Source: an uncultured Candidatus Saccharibacteria bacterium
Lineage (GTDB): Bacteria; Patescibacteriota; Doudnabacteria; UBA920
DNA length: 64,000 bases
Reading direction: 5' to 3'
NCBI GenBank assembly: GCA_964532425.1
Contig: CAZHIA010000002.1
Span: 13,945-77,944, forward strand
The translations under genes were made by a program, and so were the position numbers. Positions 49,562 to 59,240 of this stretch are shown in pieces. A model generated the notes under the pieces. The model saw only the letters and a list, made by a program, of their open reading frames with translations. It was not told where the DNA came from and searched no databases. Each line of letters starts with the position of its first letter. Position 1 is the stretch's first letter.

Positions 49562-50146
49562 TTAAATCTTCCCCACTAACTCATCGCTTTTCTTTAATGC
49601 CGCCTTATCAGGCGTCCAACTGGCCGGACAGACTTCGCCATTATGACTGGCTACATACTGGGCTGCCTGAATTTTGCGGAGGAGTTCCTGGGCCGAACGG
49701 CCAATACTGTTATCGTTTACCTCCACGGCCTTAATCACACCTTCTGGGTCGACGATGAATGTACCGCGCAGCGCCTGGCCTTCTTCCTCAATATACACCC
49801 CGAGTGTCTTTGACAGCTTGCCGTTCGTGTCCGCGGCCATGGGGAATTCCACCGTCTTGATGGCAGGCGACATATCATGCCAGGCCATATGGGCATACGC
49901 GGTATCCGTACTCACACTTACCACTTCAGCACCTATCTTTTGGAACTCTCCATACATGGAAGCTAATTCCTGCAGCTCAGTCGGGCAAACAAAAGTGAAA
50001 TCTGCCGGATAGAAGAACAATACCAGCCATTTGCCGCGAAGGCTGGAAAGTTTGAGTAGCCCTAATTTTCCACTATGGTACATATTAAGTTCAACATCCG
50101 GCAACTGGCTACCGACGAGCGGAGTGGGATAAAATGATTGATCCAT
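49562..50146 (-). CDS. ahpC: 2-Cys peroxiredoxin (AhpC)
   Basis: FFYPADFTFVCPTE and GEVCPASW motifs. Confidence 0.93.
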   Translation of the reverse strand: MDQSFYPTPLVGSQLPDVELNMYHSGKLGLLKLSSLRGKWLVLFFYPADFTFVCPTELQELASMYGEFQKIGAEVVSVSTDTAYAHMAWHDMSPAIKTVEFPMAADTNGKLSKTLGVYIEEEGQALRGTFIVDPEGVIKAVEVNDNSIGRSAQELLRKIQAAQYVASHNGEVCPASWTPDKAALKKSDELVGKI

Positions 50147-50200
50147 ATTGTTTTCTAATTTAAGATTAAATTATTTTAAATTATAGATTTGGTATAAAAA

Positions 50201-50288
50201 GGCGTCATTCTGAGGGAGTGCAGCCGACCGAAGAATCTCATTTGAGATCCTTCGTCCCTCAGATGCATTCGGGACTCAGGATGACGCC
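50201..50288. repeat. REP-like inverted-repeat element
   Basis: GGCGTCATTCTGAG ... CTCAGGATGACGCC ends with internal GAAGAATCTC/GAGATCCTTC. Confidence 0.7.
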
Positions 50289-50308
50289 GGGAAAAGTGTT
50301 AATTATTT

Positions 50309-50779
50309 CTATTTTCTCAACCGAATCACGATCTTCCGGTGCGGTTCATGGCCAATGCTTTCCGTGTACACTTCCGGGTTATGTTCTTGTAAGTAGGCGT
50401 GTATAAAGCGGCGCTCGTAGTTCGGCATGGATTCTAAACTGACGCTCTTCCCAGTCCGTTTGACCTGCTCAGCTGCCTGTTTGGCGGTCTCCTTCAAATA
50501 CCACTCTCGCTTGCGCTTGTAATCATCCACATCCAGGCTGAAACGGAACTGTTGGTCAGGCGGCAACTGGCGGGCGACAACACCCTGCACCACCACCTGC
50601 AAGGCGTGAAGCGTGGCACCCTGCCTGCCAATAAGCAGGTAGGAATCAGGTGAAGAAATGTTAAAAATCAAACCCTTGGTAATGCTATCTTCGAATTCAA
50701 CTTCGCCCGGAACGCCTATCTTTCCAAGCACGTCAATAATTAAAGCTTTTACTTTATCGATTTTTTCGTAGTCGGTCAT
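50309..50779 (-). CDS. jag: Jag/KhpB KH-R3H RNA-binding protein
   Basis: LIGRQGATLHALQ, LDVDDY and ERRFIH..ESIG.EP.R motifs, downstream of yidC. Confidence 0.9.
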   Translation of the reverse strand: MTDYEKIDKVKALIIDVLGKIGVPGEVEFEDSITKGLIFNISSPDSYLLIGRQGATLHALQVVVQGVVARQLPPDQQFRFSLDVDDYKRKREWYLKETAKQAAEQVKRTGKSVSLESMPNYERRFIHAYLQEHNPEVYTESIGHEPHRKIVIRLRK

Positions 50780-50784
50780 GATTG

Positions 50785-50845
50785 TAACATTTAACAGTTA
50801 ACATTTGATCCGCCGCGGCGGATCAATTGTCAAAGGTCAATTGTT
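50785..50845. repeat. Tandem-unit inverted-arm element (7-nt) with central TCCGCCGCGGCGGA
   Basis: Minus strand reads caattga cctttga caattga-tccgccgcggcgga-tcaaatg ttaactg ttaaatg, spanning yidC stop to jag start. Confidence 0.75.
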
Positions 50846-51577
50846 GGTCGATGAGGGTTGCTTTCTCATCATATAGTATTGCTGGGCGACGGCAAAAAGT
50901 GTAGTTACGATCCAGTACAGCGGCAAACCAGCCGGTAATTTCAAAGCCACAAAAACGCTTACCAGCGGCAGGACATAGGTGGTTTGTATGCGCATAGCCG
51001 CAGCGGTCGCATCTTGTCCTGGTTGCGCCGGCATCATCATTTTGGATTGCCAGAACTGTGCAAAGCCGGCTAGGAGGGCAAAAATCAGGCTCGGGATATA
51101 GAATTTACCCCCGGCAAGCAGCGCGGGTTTGGAAAGATCGACGATATGGAGGAAATAAGGACTGATTGATCCAGGGTTGGGTACGAAGGAATATAATCCG
51201 GTAATATCATGGCTGCCAAGGGCCAGCCTGAACACTTGAAAAAGAGCTAGTAGGATAGGAATTTGGATCAAAACCGGCAGACAAGAAGAAAAAGGGTTAA
51301 TCTTATGCTCTTTATAAAGTTCCATCATCGCCCGAGCCTGCCCTTCCTTGTCGTCCTTGTATTTTTCTTTGACAGCATTTAATTTCGGCTGCAAGTCATT
51401 CATAGCCTTTTGGCTTTTGAGTGACTTATGAAAACTAGGAGCTAAAATCAAACGAATAACAATCGTTAGGAGAATAATAACAATTCCAATATCATGCCCG
51501 GGAATAACACGGTAAAATCCGATAAGTAAGTTTAGGAGCGGCCGGTAAATTATCTCGTGATACAAAAATGTGATCAT
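50837..51577 (-). CDS. yidC: Membrane protein insertase YidC
   Basis: IILLTIVIRLIL, LQPK..KEKYK, CLPVLIQIPI and PAGLPLYW motifs. Confidence 0.95.
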   Translation of the reverse strand: MITFLYHEIIYRPLLNLLIGFYRVIPGHDIGIVIILLTIVIRLILAPSFHKSLKSQKAMNDLQPKLNAVKEKYKDDKEGQARAMMELYKEHKINPFSSCLPVLIQIPILLALFQVFRLALGSHDITGLYSFVPNPGSISPYFLHIVDLSKPALLAGGKFYIPSLIFALLAGFAQFWQSKMMMPAQPGQDATAAAMRIQTTYVLPLVSVFVALKLPAGLPLYWIVTTLFAVAQQYYMMRKQPSSTNN

Positions 51578-51635
51578 AATAAGTAGTTTTCAATTTTCGT
51601 TGTTTACACCCCCTCATTCCTGTCAGTGACTGGGC

Positions 51636-51893
51636 CTAGGGCACCAAATCAACCGATGGTTGTGCGAAAGGATTACATTTAATAACTCTTTTTAAAGAAA
51701 GTAAAAACCCCTTGCCTAATCCATGCTTTTTCAAAGCTTGTTTGGAATATTCACTGCAGGTGGGGTAATACCGGCAATACCCATGCGGATACCTACCTTT
51801 CAACCAACCATGGTCAGGGGAGAGGGTGTGCTGGTATAGGGTAATCATGCCAACAAATAGCGTGGTTGGCAATCTTTTTAGGATATTCCACAT
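51636..51893 (-). CDS. yidD: Membrane protein insertion efficiency factor YidD
   Basis: CRYYPTCSEY..ALKKHG..KG..L..KR..KCNPF. Confidence 0.95.
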   Translation of the reverse strand: MWNILKRLPTTLFVGMITLYQHTLSPDHGWLKGRYPHGYCRYYPTCSEYSKQALKKHGLGKGFLLSLKRVIKCNPFAQPSVDLVP

Positions 51894-51896
51894 GTG

Positions 51897-52232
51897 TTAA
51901 CGTATTAATTTCGAGTTGTGTATAAGTTGTGTAAAAGCGGATAACAACTCGTTTTTCCCCAATTTTGAAGCATTCGGCTTCACAATAACCGCATAGTCTC
52001 CATGGTTTAAACCGTCAAAGTTGATGCGAATATATTCCCGAAGAGTCCTTTTAAACCAATTTCGCTTTACCGCGCTTTTGGAAACTTTGGTGGAAACTAT
52101 TACCGTAAACCGCTTTATTTCAGGGTTAAACCGATATTTTATTGTTAAATAAGGGTTAAAAAAACCCCGCCCCCTGGCAAACACAGCTTTAATGTCCTTG
52201 CTCTTAGCGAGACGGTGAGTTTTTTTCAACAT
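51897..52232 (-). CDS. rnpA: Ribonuclease P protein component
   Basis: MLKKTHRL, VSTKVSKSAVKRN.FKR.LRE, canonical position. Confidence 0.92.
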   Translation of the reverse strand: MLKKTHRLAKSKDIKAVFARGRGFFNPYLTIKYRFNPEIKRFTVIVSTKVSKSAVKRNWFKRTLREYIRINFDGLNHGDYAVIVKPNASKLGKNELLSAFTQLIHNSKLIR

Positions 52233-52238
52233 ATTCGT

Positions 52239-52373
52239 TTAAACAGTGAGTTTTTTTCTGCCTTTAAGACGTCTGTTAGCCAGGACGTTTCTACCGCCTT
52301 TAGTCTGCATGCGTGTGCGAAATCCATGCCTTCTGCTGCGTCTCTGGGCTTTGGGTTGGTAGGTTCTCTTCAT
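52239..52373 (-). CDS. rpmH: 50S ribosomal protein L34 (not in ORF track)
   Basis: [44 protein letters not shown]. Confidence 0.97.
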   Translation of the reverse strand: MKRTYQPKAQRRSRRHGFRTRMQTKGGRNVLANRRLKGRKKLTV

Positions 52374-52487
52374 GGTCTTTCCTATATATCAATTTAGTTA
52401 ATATTCTCGGCTAATTATACTAAAAAAAACTACCATAGTCAACTCTTCATAACAATATAAACCAGGTATCCAATCATTAAACACACA

Positions 52488-52601
52488 TTATCCACAACAT
52501 ATAAACAGCTAAGTCAATTATCCTTATATCTATGAGGTTTTTTAGTGCATTTACATGTTGATAACTCCCTGTTAGAATGAGGTATCGATAGGATATCCAC
52601 A
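52488..52601. promoter_or_regulatory. DnaA boxes upstream of dnaA
   Basis: TTATCCACA at 52488-52496, one-mismatch boxes at 52556-52564 (rc) and 52593-52601. Confidence 0.8.
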
Positions 52602-52655
52602 AGTTATTTCGAATTTTTCAAAGGAAACCCAAATTCAATTGCAAATTTTGCCTGT

Positions 52656-54026
52656 ATGAACAACCAACAACTCTGGCAAGCCATTCTGGGAAGTCTTGAA
52701 GTCTCGTTAAGCAAGGCTAATTTTAACACATGGTTTAAAAATACCAATATTGTTCAACGAGGGGATGATTATATTATTATTGGCGTACCAAGTGCTTTTA
52801 ACCGCGACTGGATTGCCGCCAAATACCACCATGAGATGTTAAAAGCACTAAAAACTATTGCCCCAGAGATAAAGGAAATTAGATACCAATTAGGAAACCA
52901 AACCCCCACCCCTCAAGCACAACCCACCGTTCAGCAAAATCGGCCACCCCAACACCCAGAGCAATCCACTCAACCGTACCGGTCCGGCGAGCAAGCTGTT
53001 ATTCCCACAACCGGTTTAAACCCCAAATATACATTTGAGACCCTTATTATAGGCAAAAACAACGAACTCGCCCACGCCGCATGTGTGGCGGTCGCTAAAA
53101 ACCCTGGGACCCAGTATAACCCTTTATTTATTTATGGTGGGGTGGGATTAGGTAAAACCCACATGATGCAGGCCGTCGGCCATAGACTGCTTCAGACGAG
53201 CAGCCGAACCAGGATCTTGTATGTAACGAGTGAAAAATTCACAAACGACTACATTACCGCGATCAGCCAAAAACGCTTCGAGGAATTCAAGAAAAATTAC
53301 CGCGATGTTGATGCGTTATTAGTTGACGATATTCAATTTTTAGCTGGGAAAGAAGGAATTCAAGAGGAGTTTTTCCACACCTTTAACGAACTTCGGGATA
53401 AAGGTAAGCAAATCATTCTCACTTCAGACCGTCCACCAAAAGAAATCCCTTCTATTGAACAACGGCTTATCTCCCGGTTTGAATGGGGGATGGTAGCTGA
53501 TATTCAAGCCCCTGACTTGGAAACCAGGATGGCGATTTTACGCACCAAAATGGAAAAGCGAGGTGTGGTTATTAGCGAGGATATTCTTTTCTATATAGCG
53601 GAGAATATTCAAAGCAATGTCCGTGAATTGGAAGGTGCATTAAACCGCCTCGCTGTCTACCAGCAAATGGAAAATCGCGGATTAGTTCTTGAACAAGCCA
53701 AAAATATCCTTGCCAGTATTGTTGGCGCAAAGAAAAAAGTTACCTCCATTAAAAAAATAGCTGAATCTGTTGCGGAATTTTACAACATTACCATGGAAGA
53801 TTTGGTTAAACAGTCCAGAAAAAAGGAATTTGTAAAACCAAGGCAGATTGCCATGTATTTGATCAGAAAAGAATTGGATAATTCCTTCCCATCTATTGGA
53901 GACTTCTTTGGTGGCAGGGACCACACTACTGTCATGCATGCAGTGGAAAAAATCGAGTTGATGGTGAATCAGAAGGATTCATTCAAACAAGAAGTGGATT
54001 TAATTCTGGATAAACTGTATACATAG
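52656..54026 (+). CDS. dnaA: Chromosomal replication initiator DnaA
   Basis: YNPLFIYGGVGLGKTH, DDIQFL, EEFFHTFNEL, SNVRELEGAL and GGRDHTTVMHA motifs. Confidence 0.99.
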   Translation: MNNQQLWQAILGSLEVSLSKANFNTWFKNTNIVQRGDDYIIIGVPSAFNRDWIAAKYHHEMLKALKTIAPEIKEIRYQLGNQTPTPQAQPTVQQNRPPQHPEQSTQPYRSGEQAVIPTTGLNPKYTFETLIIGKNNELAHAACVAVAKNPGTQYNPLFIYGGVGLGKTHMMQAVGHRLLQTSSRTRILYVTSEKFTNDYITAISQKRFEEFKKNYRDVDALLVDDIQFLAGKEGIQEEFFHTFNELRDKGKQIILTSDRPPKEIPSIEQRLISRFEWGMVADIQAPDLETRMAILRTKMEKRGVVISEDILFYIAENIQSNVRELEGALNRLAVYQQMENRGLVLEQAKNILASIVGAKKKVTSIKKIAESVAEFYNITMEDLVKQSRKKEFVKPRQIAMYLIRKELDNSFPSIGDFFGGRDHTTVMHAVEKIELMVNQKDSFKQEVDLILDKLYT

Positions 54027-54284
54027 CATGGGAAAAGTGGTTGATAGGCATGGAATAAAAGTTGGATAAGTTGTGTGAAAAACTTCAAACAAACCGCCTC
54101 TAGCAGGATACACACTAAGATACCCACAACCAGTACCAAGTTATCCACGGAAAAACACAGACTTATCTACAGGATTACTTTTAAAATCATGTGATGAATA
54201 CGGATAAAACCAACTATTCCACAAATCAACAAGGCTTATTATCACTATTGTTATGTATTTAAATTATTTATTTATAAATAATAT
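54027..54284. other. Replication origin (oriC) unwinding region
   Basis: DnaA-box variants (TTATCCACG 54141, TTATCTACA 54163), TTCCACA..AGGC followed by trinucleotide-like TATTATCACTATTGTTAT and an AT-rich tract. Confidence 0.8.
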
Positions 54285-55385
54285 ATGAAAGTAATCTGCA
54301 CCCAAGAAAACCTAAAAGGAGGTTTGGCAGTGGTGGGGAGAATTATCTCTCCAAGCAACACACTCCCTATCTTGAACAATATATTGATCAAGACAGAGAA
54401 TGGGATGTTGAAAATTTCTTCAACCAACCTTGAGGTGGCGATTACTACACAAATTAGATGCAAGGTGGAAGAAGATGGTGAAGTAACAGTCTTTGCCAAA
54501 ACCATCACTGATTTGGTGAATAATCTTCCGAATAAGAATATTACCTTAGAAACAGAGAATCTAAATCTGCATATCGAAGCAGATAATTTTCACACCTCAA
54601 TAAAAACCTTACCAGCTGAGGAGTTTCCTCTCATTCCACAAATTGAAGGGAGGGAAACATTTAAAATCCCTGCCCAGGCTTTGAAACGGTCTATAGACCA
54701 AGTTGTGTTCGCAGCATCAACTAATCAAACTCAACCAGAGATTTCCGGGGTGTTTTTAGGAACTCAGGACAATGAGTTGCGTCTCGTAGCAACTGATCGG
54801 TACCGTTTGGCTGAAAAAAGGCTAGCTCTCGCCCAAAAAACCAATCATCCCACTGAAGTGATAGTGCCGCAAAAAACCATTGCCGAACTAGCTCGAATTA
54901 TCGGAAACCAGGAAGGTGAGGTAGAGATTACCCTTGCTGATACTCAGATTTCCATGGTTTTTAACCAAACTCAAATCATTAGCCGCCTGATTGACGGCCA
55001 ATATCCCCCCTATCAACAGATTATCCCCGAGCAATTTATTACCACTGTTGCCACCCAAAAACAACCACTTATTAATGCGTTAAAAGCTGGAAGTATTTTC
55101 AGCCAGAATAATAACAGTATTTTTATCGAGTATGGTACAAATGAGCAGAATTTACGGATTACTGCCGAATCTCAGGAATTAGGTAAGAGTGTTGTGGATC
55201 TTCCTTCCAAGGTTGAAGGAGAGTCTGGTAAACTCATATTAAACCATCGGTATGTGTTAGATTGCCTTTCCGCAATCGAGAGCCAAGAGGTGGTGGTTAA
55301 AATGATTAATGATAGTTCCCCAGCGATTATCGTACCAGAAGACCAGTCGAATTATACATACCTTGTAATGCCAATTAAAAGTTAA
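54285..55385 (+). CDS. dnaN: DNA polymerase III beta clamp
   Basis: LPILNNILI, TNLE, VATDRYRLA, SRLIDGQYP and LVMPI motifs. Confidence 0.98.
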   Translation: MKVICTQENLKGGLAVVGRIISPSNTLPILNNILIKTENGMLKISSTNLEVAITTQIRCKVEEDGEVTVFAKTITDLVNNLPNKNITLETENLNLHIEADNFHTSIKTLPAEEFPLIPQIEGRETFKIPAQALKRSIDQVVFAASTNQTQPEISGVFLGTQDNELRLVATDRYRLAEKRLALAQKTNHPTEVIVPQKTIAELARIIGNQEGEVEITLADTQISMVFNQTQIISRLIDGQYPPYQQIIPEQFITTVATQKQPLINALKAGSIFSQNNNSIFIEYGTNEQNLRITAESQELGKSVVDLPSKVEGESGKLILNHRYVLDCLSAIESQEVVVKMINDSSPAIIVPEDQSNYTYLVMPIKS

Positions 55386-55390
55386 TCAAC

Positions 55391-55479
55391 ATAATTCGAA
55401 TTCCCCGAATGAATACAATCCGAATGATCCAAATATAATCATTTGGGGCATTCGGAAGGAATTCGTAGATTCGGATTAT
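55391..55479. repeat. Tandem-unit inverted-arm element (ccgaat / attcgg)
   Basis: ataattcgaat..ccgaat..ccgaat / attcgg..attcg..attcggattat, fills the dnaN-recF spacer. Confidence 0.75.
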
Positions 55480-55486
55480 ATACCTT

Positions 55487-56569
55487 ATGAAGATTAAGAA
55501 TATCCAGATTAAGAATTTTCGCAATTACCCGAACCTTAACATTGATATCACCAGTGATGTGGTGGTGCTTTCCGGTCCGAATGCTGTGGGGAAAACCAAC
55601 CTACTTGAATCAATTTATTTTGCCTCGTTATTCAAATCATTCCGCGATGATACGGAATTTATCTTCTTGAAAGACTTTACGAGCGCTGAAATAAGAGTCA
55701 AGCTCGATAAAAAACAAGAAGATCATATTTTGGAGATCTTTTTGGAAAAACGCGACAAAATTTACGCCAATTTTGTGATTGATGGTGTTAAAATGAAGCG
55801 CCGTGAAGCACAGGGTTATGTGAGTGTGGTTATTTTTGACCCAACTGATGTTGATATGTTCAGTAAAACACCTGAAACCAGGCGTAAGTATTTAAACATG
55901 GTGCTGTCCCAAAAGGATTTGAAGTACCTTGAGAATATAACCCAGTATAAAAAAATCCTGTATCAGAAGAATAAACTGCTTGGTGATATGCGAGCTGGCC
56001 GTTCCACTGGTAGTGATTTGCAATCCTGGAACGAACAATTGGTAGCGGTTGGTAGCGAGATAGTGTTAAGCCGGCGCCAGTTCATCAACTACCTTAATAA
56101 CAATATTGCGGAAGTATACACTACTATTTCCGGCTTCCACCGTCCGGTGGAAGTGCAATATGAAAGTTACGAAGGTGAGACGGTTGCTGAAATTGCTGAA
56201 AATATGCAACATAAACTCGCCACTTATTCCGAAAAAGAACGGCTTATTGCCACTTGTTTGGTTGGGCCACACCGTGATGATTTCTTCCTAAAAAGCGATG
56301 GATTGTATTTGTCACCATTTTCTTCTCGTGGTGAACTGCGCAGTCAAGTGTTGGCTTTGAAGATTTTAGAGCTTGAATATCTCAGTCGTGGCGACGACAA
56401 ACCGATACTACTCTTGGATGATGTGTTGTCTGAATTGGATGAGACCCGTAGAACTTTCCTGCTCCGTTACCTGCAGGGAAAGTTTCAAACCTTTATTACG
56501 ACCACACACCCGCTTGAGATGCCAGCCCAGCATATTACACTGACGCCTGCCGTAGCTGAAGAAGAGTAA
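55487..56569 (+). CDS. recF: DNA replication and repair protein RecF
   Basis: NFRNY, GPNAVGKTNLLE, GPHRDD, SRGE and LLLDDVLSELD motifs. Confidence 0.96.
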   Translation: MKIKNIQIKNFRNYPNLNIDITSDVVVLSGPNAVGKTNLLESIYFASLFKSFRDDTEFIFLKDFTSAEIRVKLDKKQEDHILEIFLEKRDKIYANFVIDGVKMKRREAQGYVSVVIFDPTDVDMFSKTPETRRKYLNMVLSQKDLKYLENITQYKKILYQKNKLLGDMRAGRSTGSDLQSWNEQLVAVGSEIVLSRRQFINYLNNNIAEVYTTISGFHRPVEVQYESYEGETVAEIAENMQHKLATYSEKERLIATCLVGPHRDDFFLKSDGLYLSPFSSRGELRSQVLALKILELEYLSRGDDKPILLLDDVLSELDETRRTFLLRYLQGKFQTFITTTHPLEMPAQHITLTPAVAEEE

Positions 56570-56668
56570 ATATATCGAATCAACGAATTAACCGAATCTA
56601 CGAAGGGCTACAAATTCGAAATTTCATAGTTATTCGTTGATTCGTACCTTTCGCAGATTCGATATATT
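56569..56668. repeat. Tandem-unit inverted-arm element (acgaat / attcgt)
   Basis: aatatatcgaatc..acgaat / attcgt..gattcgatatatt, starts at the recF stop. Confidence 0.75.
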
Positions 56669-56702
56669 ACGATACCTTTAAAATATTTACAAAAAAACAG
56701 AA

Positions 56703-57008
56703 ATGAAAAAGTTTTATGACTTCAATACGGTTGGGGACTTGATTCCCAAAATGCTGCAAGAACGGCATTTAGGGGAAATTGTAGAAGAACAACGGGTATT
56801 AAGGACTTGGGAGCGGGTGGCCCCTGGTTTTTTAACCGAATCAACTGAACAAACAAAAGCTATTGAATTCAAAAAGGGGAGACTGGTTATTGCTTGTTTA
56901 TCCGATGAATTGGCTCGAAAAATCATTGGACTTGTAGAACAGATTACCCAGGCAATCAATGAGGTGCTTGGTAAGAAAATGGTTTTTGTGATTCATGTAG
57001 AATACTAA
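56703..57008 (+). CDS. DUF721/DciA-family protein
   Basis: TVGDLI..W..V..G.L.I pattern, canonical position after recF. Confidence 0.7.
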   Translation: MKKFYDFNTVGDLIPKMLQERHLGEIVEEQRVLRTWERVAPGFLTESTEQTKAIEFKKGRLVIACLSDELARKIIGLVEQITQAINEVLGKKMVFVIHVEY

Positions 57009-57745
57009 TGTCTTATTTTCTCAGTCCAGAAAAAATTACCATCAACGGCCAATTGTCATTTTCCGGGGATGAAGCGGATCATATCCTGCTCTCACGGAGA
57101 CTGAAGACAGGGGAACGATTTTATCTGCAGGATCCGGCTGGACAGCGCTTTTTAGTCGAATTAGTCGCATCAGACAAAAAATCGCTCACTGTCAGGGCGC
57201 TCAAGCAAATACCAGTACCTCAGGAGTTACCGTATGTGTTAGTGTTATACCAGGCATTAGTTGCAGAAAAGGCGTGGGACTTTATCCTTCAGAAGGAAAC
57301 TGAGCTGGGTGTTTCTGAGATTGTTCTGTTTAACGCAAAAAATACCGCCACCAAGCTGCGTAAGGAGCAGTTCCAACAGAAGTTACCACGTTGGAACAAA
57401 ATCCTTTGGGAAGCGGCAAAACAGTGCGACCGGGCCAAAATTCCAACCCTGCAGTATGTCGAAAATCTGGAGGGTGTACTGGTACAAAGTGTGGAATGCG
57501 GCCAATTACTGGTCTTGGATTCTACAGGAACACGCTTGCATGCTGGTATGTATGATTCCCCGCTGTCTAAAATCGGTATTGTAGTCGGCCCGGAGGGAGG
57601 GTTTGCAGAAGATGAGGTTCAATCTCTCACTAAACAGAAAAATTCACGGTGTGTTTCGGTGGCACCGTTCGTGCTTCGAGCAGAGACTGCGGCTGTGGCC
57701 GGTATCGCCGCGGTGGAAAATATCATACCGCAGCACCGTGAATAA
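57008..57745 (+). CDS. rsmE: 16S rRNA (uracil1498-N3)-methyltransferase
   Basis: ILQKETELGV, EAAKQCDR..P, VGPEGGF and VLRAETA motifs. Confidence 0.93.
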   Translation: MSYFLSPEKITINGQLSFSGDEADHILLSRRLKTGERFYLQDPAGQRFLVELVASDKKSLTVRALKQIPVPQELPYVLVLYQALVAEKAWDFILQKETELGVSEIVLFNAKNTATKLRKEQFQQKLPRWNKILWEAAKQCDRAKIPTLQYVENLEGVLVQSVECGQLLVLDSTGTRLHAGMYDSPLSKIGIVVGPEGGFAEDEVQSLTKQKNSRCVSVAPFVLRAETAAVAGIAAVENIIPQHRE

Positions 57746-57861
57746 AATGAATTTTACAAACCCCCGCTCATATATGAGCGGGGGTTCTTTGTAACAGTTT
57801 TCTTGTTGAACTTCGTCAAAAAAATATAGAGTAGAAATATAAATTTGGCCGGAGAATAATT

Positions 57862-58758
57862 ATGGGAAAATTCTCAATTGTTAAAAAACTATTATTAGGT
57901 TTGGTGGCAGGGATGGTGTTTGTTTCAGTAAGTGGCGGATCTGTTCGTTATAATACACCCCACGCAGCCGCAAATAATTTTTCTGGAGCATATATTCTTC
58001 TTTCAGAGTATTATCGGCTCCCAGGACAATCATTTACGGTCTTTGGACACGGATTTCCCGTCCATGAAGTGGTTTCTGTAAGTTTTGCTGGAACAAACCA
58101 AAATGTAACCACATCGGGTTCGGGTGATTTTTCTACAAGTTTTACCGTCCCGTTCAGTGAAATTAATTCCACTGCAGCGGTTGTGGTACGCGGGGACTCT
58201 TCCGGAGCCCGTTCAGCGAACTTATCGGTGGGTAATTTCTACCCCAATGTGAGCCCGAATACATACAATGTGCTTCCTGGTGGGCAGGTGTTTTTTTCCG
58301 GAAACGGGTTTGCACCAAACGAGCCAGTAATCATTACCGGAGGGGATGGAATGAATGCGTCAACTACCGCGGACAGTGGTGGAAATATTGTAACCTCTCC
58401 CATTACCCTTCCATACCAGGGAGGTAAACAAGTGTTTGTCTTTACTGGCCAGTTGAGTCGGGTGGTAACTCGTGTTGAAATAGATGTCAGAGATTTACAT
58501 CCTTGGATAGATCTCGCCCCGTATTATAGTGTCGCGGGTGCCACTCTCACCGTACAAGGCCATGGGTTTGGGGCCAGTGAGCCGGTGGTGGTAATGTTTG
58601 AAGGAGTGGTCAAGAATACGTATACGACAAACAACACAGGAGATTTTACCGGTTCATTTGTCGTGCCATCTGGAAGTCCGGGATTCAAAACAATCAGCGC
58701 CAGTGGAGCCTCAACTCATACCGGTGCCACCCAGCAGTTTACTCAGGCAGTGAAATGA
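57862..58758 (+). CDS. Secreted protein with three Ig-like (G.GF..E.V) repeats
   Basis: Signal peptide, GHGFPVHEVV / GNGFAPNEPV / GHGFGASEPV repeats. Confidence 0.7.
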   Translation: MGKFSIVKKLLLGLVAGMVFVSVSGGSVRYNTPHAAANNFSGAYILLSEYYRLPGQSFTVFGHGFPVHEVVSVSFAGTNQNVTTSGSGDFSTSFTVPFSEINSTAAVVVRGDSSGARSANLSVGNFYPNVSPNTYNVLPGGQVFFSGNGFAPNEPVIITGGDGMNASTTADSGGNIVTSPITLPYQGGKQVFVFTGQLSRVVTRVEIDVRDLHPWIDLAPYYSVAGATLTVQGHGFGASEPVVVMFEGVVKNTYTTNNTGDFTGSFVVPSGSPGFKTISASGASTHTGATQQFTQAVK

Positions 58759-58760
58759 TA

Positions 58761-58786
58761 AAAAAACCCGCTTCGGCGGGTTTTTT
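58761..58786. terminator. Bidirectional terminator
   Basis: AAAAAACCCGC-TTCG-GCGGGTTTTTT. Confidence 0.85.
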
Positions 58787-58800
58787 AAGGCTTTGGTTTA

Positions 58801-59229
58801 TTAGGAGCTGCTTTTGACTTTTTTGACTAATTCGCTTGAACTTTGAATTTTGCCGCTGTGTCCAATATTGAATTCCATTTTGATACCCAAGCGGTTACAT
58901 AGTTCATACTCGGGAATATTGTCCGCTTTGCGGTCCCCACCGTTGGCGAAAATATCAGGTTTCAGCTTTTCCAATTCCGCACACACTGACATGTCTGAAG
59001 TGTTTTCCGGGTGGTTGGTGATGATGACTTCGTCAACGTACCGGATTGCCGAAACAATAATAGCCCGTTCGTTTTCACCCATGAATACAAACCCTTTTTT
59101 CTTTCGGAGCCAATTATCGTTATTCATGATTACAATAAGGCGATCACCAAGAGCTTTGGCTTCCTTCATCATCTCGACATGGCCGATGTGGATTGGATCA
59201 AACCCTCCAGAAACAGCGACAGTAGTCAT
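58801..59229 (-). CDS. Cytidylyltransferase/adenylyltransferase-family protein
   Basis: VSGGFDPIHIGH, KKG, ER..I and ANGGDR motifs. Confidence 0.88.
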   Translation of the reverse strand: MTTVAVSGGFDPIHIGHVEMMKEAKALGDRLIVIMNNDNWLRKKKGFVFMGENERAIIVSAIRYVDEVIITNHPENTSDMSVCAELEKLKPDIFANGGDRKADNIPEYELCNRLGIKMEFNIGHSGKIQSSSELVKKVKSSS

Positions 59230-59240
59230 AAAGATATAAG

